A stretch of 64,000 bases of DNA from Flavobacteriales bacterium. Lineage in GTDB: Bacteria > Bacteroidota > Bacteroidia > Flavobacteriales > UBA7312. How positions within the stretch are numbered: the stretch's first letter is position 1; every line of letters begins with the position of its first letter. Position numbers and translations under genes: made by a program. The stretch is from the NCBI GenBank assembly GCA_965661345.1, contig CBFIDK010000005.1:17301-81300 (forward strand), read 5' to 3'. Shown here piece by piece: positions 1 through 6,562 of the stretch. Under the pieces are notes generated by a model. That model was not told where the DNA came from and did no database searches. It was given only the letters and a program-made list of their open reading frames with translations.

Positions 1-1
1 C

Positions 2-148
2 TGCTTAATAATTATTGTTACTATGATTGGTGCGCTATTTTTGCATATCGTGCGAAAAGATGGTGGTAAAGCTATACTTGTTAACTTTTTGTATATCTTT
101 ATCTCTTCAGTTGTACTTTTTGGTAACCTCTATTTTAACTATTTATGA
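2..148 (+). CDS. 3' end of a small multi-pass membrane protein (DoxX-like paralogue of the next ORF), cut by the window edge
   Basis: Frame 2 is open from the window edge to TGA 146-148. The translation ...TMIGALFLHIVRKDGGKAILVNFLYIF... parallels ...MLGALVMHIKVKDPIKKSVPAL... in the next ORF. There is an ATGA stop/start overlap at 145-148. Confidence 0.4.
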   Translation, partial: CLIIIVTMIGALFLHIVRKDGGKAILVNFLYIFISSVVLFGNLYFNYL

Positions 149-510
149 ATGTATTTACACTAATTAATCTAATTATAGCTTTAGGCATCTTAAACGTTTG
201 GTTTTTTCGGTTTAACAAGAAAACACCATTTAGGGGTGGAGAATCTAACACACTAAAAGAAGAGTTTTTGGTGTATGGATTGCCAACTTGGTTTATGTAT
301 GTTGTTGGCTTCATTAAGGTCTCTCTAGCTGTTTTACTAATTGTCGGCATTTGGGTTAAGGAAATTAACCTCTATGTTATTTCATTAATGATTTTGTTAA
401 TGTTGGGCGCTTTAGTGATGCACATTAAAGTAAAAGACCCTATTAAAAAATCAGTGCCTGCATTAAGTATTTTATTATTGCTATTGGCTATATTTATTAA
501 TAACGCATAG
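145..510 (+). CDS. small 4-TM membrane protein, DoxX-like
   Basis: 121-aa ORF that is hydrophobic throughout with about four predicted helices. The family call is from general resemblance only. Confidence 0.5.
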   Translation: MNVFTLINLIIALGILNVWFFRFNKKTPFRGGESNTLKEEFLVYGLPTWFMYVVGFIKVSLAVLLIVGIWVKEINLYVISLMILLMLGALVMHIKVKDPIKKSVPALSILLLLLAIFINNA

Positions 511-544
511 GCTAAAACAAGGACCCTTTGGTCCATCAAAAGAC

Positions 545-576
545 ACCCTCTTTCTAAAATAGATTGAGGGTTTTTT
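545..576 (+). terminator. rho-independent terminator after the DoxX-like genes
   Basis: Stem ACCCTC (545-550) / GAGGGT (566-571) followed by a T-run at 571-576. A second small hairpin GGACC-CTTT-GGTCC lies at 521-534. Confidence 0.5.
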
Positions 577-585
577 GTTAGACGC

Positions 586-617
586 TTTGCTTATCTGACA
601 TAAAATAGATAGATTTG
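586..617 (+). promoter_or_regulatory. Bacteroidota sigma-A type promoter inside the left repeat, pointing into the cassette block
   Basis: TTTG at 586-589, then a 20-nt spacer, then TAGATTTG (TAnnTTTG) at 610-617. Confidence 0.4.
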
Positions 618-664
618 AGGTGGAAAAACGTTTAAACTTAAAGCCGCTACCGCCATGAAAAAGC
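586..664 (+). repeat. left copy of a ~79-bp direct repeat bracketing the cassette block (partner at 8671-8748)
   Basis: By-eye alignment of tttgcttatctgacataaaatagatagatttgaggtggaaaaacgtttaaacttaaagccgctaccgccatgaaaaagc against the right copy gives roughly 85 % identity. Confidence 0.8.
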
Positions 665-981
665 TAGGTTTTTTTGCCAATACCTTTCAATTACCCAAGA
701 AATATCTTTTTCTGACTGGACTAGAATTTAGTTTTGCAACGCATTTATTGGAACAGGGTTTGAGCCTAAGACATATACAAACCCTGTTGGGACATAGTAG
801 CTCAAAAACAACAGAGCGTTACACACAAGTATCAACGCAAGAAATAGGACGTATAGTTAACCCTTTAGAGGCTTACTACAGCAGCATGAGTGGCACAATA
901 CATTCCAAAAATGGAAGTATCAAACCACTAAAAGAAAGAGATAACGAAAATAAACACCATAAAGGTGTACATATACAATAG
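655..981 (+). pseudogene. tyrosine recombinase/integrase remnant (C-terminal box II region only) inside a chimeric ORF
   Basis: Only aa ~20-65 ([36 protein letters not shown]) resemble the catalytic C-terminus (H/R...Y). The N-terminal ~250 aa of a normal integrase are absent. The ORF start (atgaaaaagctaggttttttt) is repeat-derived, with a similar sequence at 8651-8676. Confidence 0.7.
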
Positions 982-987
982 TTAGCT
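968..987 (+). other. first cassette junction (attI-like or attC 3' half): catatacaataG|TTAGCT
   Basis: It matches the 3' consensus of the downstream attC elements (..ATAC..A.(C)GTTRRR). TTAGCT at 982-987 is exactly complementary to the 5' box AGCTAA(C) of the first attC at 4273-4279. Confidence 0.55.
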
Positions 988-1020
988 GCAAGCAAAACGA
1001 ACATCGAATAATCTAAACAA

Positions 1021-4000
1021 ATGGAAATAAAACTACCAAATATTGAAAAGCTTATTTTTTCAAATGGAAGTAATAGTATTAAACAATACTATCATCAAGC
1101 TCCAACGTTAGATTTTGAATTTGTTCAAAGCAATCCATTCATCCTCTCTTCGAACGGAGAATCCTTCTTTATTACAAGTAATATTGATGACGATATTCCA
1201 GAAAATTGTAGTTATGCGCTACTATCTGCAAGAAAACCGCAAAAGAAGTATTTTTTATCTGATTCTTTAAAAATTAAAAGGTGGTTAAAACATCCATCAT
1301 TTGAGGATTTAACTCCGCAAAATGTATTAGCCTCATGGAAAGATAATTTTAAGTTTATTAAAGAAGATACCGAAAATGAAATTAAGGGATTACGTCCTCC
1401 CCAAATAGGTGCTCTATATTCCATACTTGCTCATGTGCAAGCTCCTGAAGACAGAGGTATTGTTGTAATGCCAACAGGGACTGGGAAAACAGAAACAATG
1501 CTATCAACTTTAGTCGCTAATATGTGCGAAAAGTTATTGGTAGCCGTTCCTTCTGATTCATTACGTACACAACTCTCAAACAAGTTTAACACACTTGGAT
1601 TGTTAAGAGAATTTGGAATGGTGGATGAATCTTGCCACAACCCAATTGTAGCTGTAATCAATCAAAAATTCGAAAATGAAAATGAGCTATTAGAGTTCGT
1701 TTCAAAAGCGAATGTCGTTGTAACAACTATGAGTATTCTCGCTGGTAGTCAATATCAACAACAAATAACTTTCGCCAATTCCTTTAGCCATTTTTTTGTT
1801 GATGAAGCTCATCATTCAGAAGCGACTACTTGGAAAAAAATCATAACACAATTTGATAAGAAGAAAGTGTTTCTCTTTACTGCTACACCATTTAGAAATG
1901 ATGGTAAGAACTTGGATGGAAAATTCATTTTTAACTTCTCTCTAAAAGAAGCACAAAATCAAGGGTATTATAAAACAATAAATTATTTGCCAATAAGAGA
2001 GTATGATAAAGAAGAGGCAGATAAGAAAATAGCAGAAAGGGCTGTAAATCAATTAAGGGAGGATATTGCAAATGGTTATCCCCATATAATCATGGCAAGA
2101 TGTGTTTCAAAGAATAGAGCTAAAGAAGTCTTTGCCCACTATGAGAGTCATGAAGATTTGAAACCAATAATTGTTTATACAGGAATACCGAGTTTAAAGG
2201 AAAAAGTAGAAGCAATAAAAGCAAAGAGACATAGTATTGTAGTTTGTGTAAATATGTTAGGTGAAGGGTTTGACCTTCCAGAACTTAAGATTGCGGCAAT
2301 TCATGATGAAAGACAAAGCTTACCTATTACTCTTCAATTTGTAGGTAGGTTTACTAGGACATCTTTTGATAGATTGGGTAACGCAAGCTTTATTACAAAC
2401 ATGGCCTACCCACCTATTCAACAAGAGTTGAATCATCTTTATGCCAAAAATGCCGACTGGAATCTCCTACTTCCTAATATGAGTGAAGGTGCCACAGATA
2501 AAGAAATTGATTTTCAAGAATTCTTAGATGGATTTAATGATCTTGAAAATTCTAAAATACCATTTCAAAATATCAATCCTGCTATGAGTTCAGTTGTTTT
2601 TCGAAATAATGGAAGCGATTGGCATCCTACTAACTGGAAGGAAGGAATTAATAACCTAGGTACATATGAACATCAATTTAGTAAACACAATTCTGAAAAA
2701 AATACTCTGGTAATAATCTTAGGTAAAGTTGAAAAGGTTGAATGGGGTGATTTTGATATGGTTCAAAACATGGATTGGAATATGATTGTTGTTCATTGGG
2801 ATTTAAGACCAAACAAAAATTTGGTATTCGTACATACGTCTCTGAAAAATCTATCATACACGAAGTTAGTTAATGCAATTTTTGGAGATGATACTACTCA
2901 AATCAAGGGCATGGATATGTTTAAAATTTTCCATGATGTGAAAAGACTTACCCTCTACAATGTAGGTGCAAGAAAAGGTACAGGACGAGATATAAGCTTT
3001 CAATCGTTTTTTGGAAAAGGAGTTCAAGATGGATTAAAACTCTTGGAACAAGGAACTTTAATTAAAAACAATGTCTTTGGTGTAGGCTTTAAAGAGGGTG
3101 AAAAAGTTTCATTAGGATGCTCTGTCAAAGGTAAAGTTTGGTCGTATTTAAGAGGTAACCTAAATGAGTTGACACAATGGTGTCAAAACATTGGAGATGT
3201 GCTTGTTGACCCAAATATCAATCCAAATACTGTTTTGGAAAACACCCTTATACCCATAACAATATTTGAAAGACCTAATGTTATTCCAATTGCAGTTGAA
3301 TGGCATCATGAGATGTTTGAACATTCTGAAAATAGATATAGAATTATTATTAAAGATACTAATTACGACCTATCTAATTCCGAATTAAACATCATCGAAA
3401 GTCCTATTAATTATCCTTTACTCTTTTGTTTCAAATGTGAAGATTACACCATTGAATATGAGTTTGTATTAGGTTCTAGAATTGTTGAAGGGGAACGAGT
3501 TGCTTTTCATGAAATCAGAAAGGTTTCAGCAGAGAATCCAATTATTACTTACGGAAGTAAGAGCGTAACTCTGACTAGTTTCTTGCAAGAATTTACTCCT
3601 ACTATTTGGTTTGTAAATGGTGGGCAGTTATTTCAAAATAGCTATGTTGTGCCAAAACCTTGGGTTGATGGAATTTCTATTGATAATATTATTTCTATGA
3701 ATTGGGATGGTGTTTCTATAAGAAAAGAGGCACAGGGTATCGCCCCATATGAAAAGGATTCAATTCAATATCATTTTATTAATAAAATTAGAGATGATTT
3801 TGAAATCATTTATGATGATGACGGTTCAGGAGAAATTGCAGATGTTATAGGGATTAATGATGGAGATAATAAAATAGATATTCATTTATTTCATTTGAAG
3901 TACGCTAAAGAAGGGCGAACGGGAAACGATATTGGAAATTTTTATGAAGTATGTGGACAAGCACAAAAATCACTTAATTGGAAATATCGAAATGGTAGAG

Positions 4001-4263
4001 ACTTTTTTAATCATCTTTTAAGACGTGTGACTAAAACAAAAAATGGAGCCACCTGTAGTAGAATAATAAAAGGGACTGAAAATGATTTAGAATTATTATT
4101 AAATGCGGCTAAATGGACCAAAGAAATGAAATTCCACATTTACATTGTTCAACCAAGTTTAGTAAAAGGAAAAGGTTCAGATAACATAATGTTACTTTTG
4201 GGAAATACTCATCACTACCTTCATACAGTGGGTAATGTAGAATTAAAAGTATATTCCAGTTAA
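1021..4263 (+). CDS. 1080-aa SF2 (DEAD/DEAH, type III Res-like) helicase with a large uncharacterised middle region and a C-terminal nuclease-like module
   Basis: Motif I MPTGTGKTE (1468-1494), motif II DEAH (1801-1812), motif III FTATP, motif V MLGEGFDLPEL, motif VI QFVGRFTRT (2335-2361). The C-terminus has GSGEIADVIG...IHLFHLKYAK (3820-3909). Confidence 0.85.
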   Translation: MEIKLPNIEKLIFSNGSNSIKQYYHQAPTLDFEFVQSNPFILSSNGESFFITSNIDDDIPENCSYALLSARKPQKKYFLSDSLKIKRWLKHPSFEDLTPQNVLASWKDNFKFIKEDTENEIKGLRPPQIGALYSILAHVQAPEDRGIVVMPTGTGKTETMLSTLVANMCEKLLVAVPSDSLRTQLSNKFNTLGLLREFGMVDESCHNPIVAVINQKFENENELLEFVSKANVVVTTMSILAGSQYQQQITFANSFSHFFVDEAHHSEATTWKKIITQFDKKKVFLFTATPFRNDGKNLDGKFIFNFSLKEAQNQGYYKTINYLPIREYDKEEADKKIAERAVNQLREDIANGYPHIIMARCVSKNRAKEVFAHYESHEDLKPIIVYTGIPSLKEKVEAIKAKRHSIVVCVNMLGEGFDLPELKIAAIHDERQSLPITLQFVGRFTRTSFDRLGNASFITNMAYPPIQQELNHLYAKNADWNLLLPNMSEGATDKEIDFQEFLDGFNDLENSKIPFQNINPAMSSVVFRNNGSDWHPTNWKEGINNLGTYEHQFSKHNSEKNTLVIILGKVEKVEWGDFDMVQNMDWNMIVVHWDLRPNKNLVFVHTSLKNLSYTKLVNAIFGDDTTQIKGMDMFKIFHDVKRLTLYNVGARKGTGRDISFQSFFGKGVQDGLKLLEQGTLIKNNVFGVGFKEGEKVSLGCSVKGKVWSYLRGNLNELTQWCQNIGDVLVDPNINPNTVLENTLIPITIFERPNVIPIAVEWHHEMFEHSENRYRIIIKDTNYDLSNSELNIIESPINYPLLFCFKCEDYTIEYEFVLGSRIVEGERVAFHEIRKVSAENPIITYGSKSVTLTSFLQEFTPTIWFVNGGQLFQNSYVVPKPWVDGISIDNIISMNWDGVSIRKEAQGIAPYEKDSIQYHFINKIRDDFEIIYDDDGSGEIADVIGINDGDNKIDIHLFHLKYAKEGRTGNDIGNFYEVCGQAQKSLNWKYRNGRDFFNHLLRRVTKTKNGATCSRIIKGTENDLELLLNAAKWTKEMKFHIYIVQPSLVKGKGSDNIMLLLGNTHHYLHTVGNVELKVYSS

Positions 4264-4272
4264 AAAGCCAGC

Positions 4273-4340
4273 AGCTAACAATGTATAAAAATCATAGCCA
4301 CCCTGCGGGATGTCTACGCTTCTTATACTGAACGTTAGCA
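4273..4340 (+). repeat. attC-like site 1 (68 bp)
   Basis: AGCTAAC-aatgtataa ... ttatactgaac-GTTAGCA. It starts 10 nt after the helicase stop and has no T-tract. Confidence 0.7.
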
Positions 4341-4344
4341 TTCA

Positions 4345-5115
4345 TTGATAAAATTTATGTATAAAAACACAATCTTAAAAATCAAGGCATTTCTATTAAA
4401 TGAAACTCTTTCAATAAGCGAAAGAATAAATTTGTTATCGAAGGATGCTGTATATCGAATTTTCATTCATCCTTTTTGTAGTCAAATTAGTTCTGAAATA
4501 TTGCACTATACAGATTATAAGTTCAATAACATTGTTGAACTCAAAACAAAGATTAAGGAAATAGTGAGAACAATACAACCAAGACCTCTTGGATTGCACA
4601 GCTATAAAGACTTTGAAATAGCCGAATTATCAAAAATATTTAATCAGATTGAAGTCAAAAGAGAATCAATTATCGATTTTATTGAAAATTTAGAGATAGC
4701 TACAACTGACTATTTCTATTTTAGGAATATTGACTTACAGGAATATTTAAAAGTGATCAAGACATTGGAACAAAAATTTCAGTTCAAAATATGCTTTGAT
4801 GCATTTGAACAAAATAGTTATCCATTGAAATCAATGACAATGCTGGAAAAAAATAATGTAGACTATTATTTTAATGAAACGTTAAGCGATTTAATCAGTC
4901 CTCAATTTTCCAGGTTTTATAATTTGGATAAACATGGTGGTAATGAAGCTGATCGCATTGATTGTTTAGAAAATGATTTGTCATGTAATAGAAACTGTGA
5001 ATGGTTGATATTATGTACAAACGAATATGTGTATTTCTTTGGAGATTGGATTATAGAATTTATGACGGATAAATGGGGGCAAATTAAATTGAACGAATGC
5101 CAACACCGTGTATAA
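4345..5115 (+). CDS. hypothetical protein (cassette 2 cargo); the true start may be ATG 4357
   Basis: 256-aa ORF with a TTG start in the track and an in-frame ATG 12 nt later. I recognise no motif. The last codons (..QHRV*) are encoded by the attC 5' box. Confidence 0.6.
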   Translation: MIKFMYKNTILKIKAFLLNETLSISERINLLSKDAVYRIFIHPFCSQISSEILHYTDYKFNNIVELKTKIKEIVRTIQPRPLGLHSYKDFEIAELSKIFNQIEVKRESIIDFIENLEIATTDYFYFRNIDLQEYLKVIKTLEQKFQFKICFDAFEQNSYPLKSMTMLEKNNVDYYFNETLSDLISPQFSRFYNLDKHGGNEADRIDCLENDLSCNRNCEWLILCTNEYVYFFGDWIIEFMTDKWGQIKLNECQHRV

Positions 5116-5229
5116 GTAATAGCGGTTTAAGTGATAAAACAAAAGTATAAACATAAAACAAAGGTCAGTGCAAAACCGAAAGGCTTGTGAGTAAAAATCC
5201 GCTACTACTCATACACAAGACCGTTATAG
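5098..5229 (+). repeat. attC-like site 2 (132 bp)
   Basis: TGCCAAC-accgtgtataagtaatagcgg ... ccgctactactcatacacaagacc-GTTATAG forms a long imperfect stem. Confidence 0.7.
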
Positions 5230-5238
5230 CCAATTAGA

Positions 5239-6081
5239 ATGAACAGAAGAAAATTTATAAGACGAACTTTTTTGGGAACAGTTGGGATTGGGTTTTTAAC
5301 TGGACTTTACACTTGGCAAATTGAACCTTTTTGGTTAGAATTTGTGAAGCGTAAAATGCTAATCTCTAATCTACCTGATAATCTGATTGGAAAAAAGCTT
5401 ATGCAGATTAGTGATATACACGTTGGGAATAGATTTGATTATAATTATATAATTGAATCATTTAAAAAAGCACAAAAGTTCAACCCTGATTTTGTTGTTT
5501 ACACTGGAGACTATGTAAGCTACGAAAACGAAAAGCAATTTAAACAATTAGAAGAAGTATTGAAACACACAGTTAAAGGAAAAATTGGAACTGTTGGAAT
5601 ACTCGGCAATCACGATTATGGAAAAAATTGGGCAGAACAAAATGTAGCTGATAAAATTTCAGAGCAATTGACTAACGCAGGAATTGAAGTGCTTAGAAAT
5701 GAACAATTAGATATTTCGGGGTTGAATATAATCGGATTTGATGATTATTGGGCATTGAATTTTGAACCCGAAAAAGTGATGAAAAACTATGACCAGAACA
5801 AAGCCAATTTATTGTTATGCCACAATCCTGATGTCTGCGATTTAGACGTTTGGAATGGATATAAAGGTTGGATCTTATCTGGACATACGCACGGAGGGCA
5901 GTGTAAACCACCATTTTTAAACGCACCAATATTACCTGTTAAGAATAAGAGATATTCGCAAGGCGAAATTGATTTGAATGACGGGAGAACCTTATATATT
6001 AATAGAGCGGTTGGGCACTTATGGCAAGTGAGATTTAACGTCAGACCTGAAATAACAATATTTGAACTTGAAAAAGTATAA
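5239..6081 (+). CDS. Tat-signal metallophosphoesterase (calcineurin-like), cassette 3 cargo
   Basis: MNRRKFIRRTFLG is a twin-arginine leader. The phosphoesterase motifs are DIHVGN, GDYV, GNHDY and GHTHGGQ. Confidence 0.8.
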   Translation: MNRRKFIRRTFLGTVGIGFLTGLYTWQIEPFWLEFVKRKMLISNLPDNLIGKKLMQISDIHVGNRFDYNYIIESFKKAQKFNPDFVVYTGDYVSYENEKQFKQLEEVLKHTVKGKIGTVGILGNHDYGKNWAEQNVADKISEQLTNAGIEVLRNEQLDISGLNIIGFDDYWALNFEPEKVMKNYDQNKANLLLCHNPDVCDLDVWNGYKGWILSGHTHGGQCKPPFLNAPILPVKNKRYSQGEIDLNDGRTLYINRAVGHLWQVRFNVRPEITIFELEKV

Positions 6082-6090
6082 AATAACTGG

Positions 6091-6221
6091 CTACAACACC
6101 GTGTATAATTCATTGCTAGTTCTAGCCTACTTACGAAAATCCTGGCGGATTTTCTATTTGGTTTGTATTTGCTAAATTAGTTACTGAAACACGCAACGAA
6201 ATCATACACAAACCGTTAGGC
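6091..6221 (+). repeat. attC-like site 3 (131 bp)
   Basis: CTACAAC-accgtgtataa ... catacacaaacc-GTTAGGC. It shares the 15-mer caacaccgtgtataa with site 2 and has an internal perfect hairpin gaaaatcc-tggc-ggattttc. Confidence 0.7.
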
Positions 6222-6236
6222 TACATTAAGAAAAAA

Positions 6237-6413
6237 ATGGGTGAACTCAAAAAACTTGATACTTCTCATATCGGAGGAAGAATATTTGAAGTCACAAAAA
6301 ACAACTTATATATTTTTGAAAAGTTTTCTAATTGGCTTATAAAAGTTTCATCTGAATTAAATGAAAATAGGTATAAAATAGACACTGAAAATTTTAAAAC
6401 AGTCTTTGAATAA
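6237..6413 (+). CDS. 58-aa hypothetical protein (cassette 4 cargo; below the ORF-track cutoff)
   Basis: Translated by hand: MGELKKLDTSHIGGRIFEVTKNNLYIFEKFSNWLIKVSSELNENRYKIDTENFKTVFE*. The ATG is 21 nt after the cassette junction. Confidence 0.4.
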   Translation: MGELKKLDTSHIGGRIFEVTKNNLYIFEKFSNWLIKVSSELNENRYKIDTENFKTVFE

Positions 6414-6467
6414 ATGAAAGTAAAATTACTGGATGGAAAATCAAAAAAACAAACTAGATTAAAAAAC

Positions 6468-6540
6468 GGCTAACAATAGCTGCAAAGCATAGGCCTAACC
6501 AACCAAACCGTTCCTACTCTTCATAGCAGGAATGTAAGCA
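6468..6540 (+). repeat. attC-like site 4 (73 bp, degenerate 3' box GTAAGCA)
   Basis: GGCTAAC-aatagctgc ... gcaggaat-GTAAGCA. An alternative perfect 5' box GCCTAAC lies at 6493-6499. Confidence 0.55.
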
Positions 6541-6562
6541 GCACTTAAAAAAGACAAAAAAT

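Noticed and set aside
500-652. The DoxX-like genes as an upstream cassette, with 515-652 as its attC.
   Set aside because: The 3' half resembles attC site 6, but the 5' side (aggctaaaacaagg) pairs poorly with it. The cassette's own 5' end lies outside the window, so the box test cannot be applied. This is left as an open alternative in the direct-repeat finding.
939-987. A possible very short (~49 bp) complete attC (GATAAC...GTTAGCT), which would make the integrase remnant a cassette of its own.
   Set aside because: Only the 3' half (968-987) resembles the other sites. The putative 5' box is not complementary to the sequence after the left repeat (CTACCG at 647-652). The stem is also poor.
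6414-6473. 19-codon ORF (MKVKLLDGKSKKQTRLKNG*) after the 58-aa ORF.
   Set aside because: It is too short to support without conservation or expression data. It is mentioned only in the micro-cassette finding.
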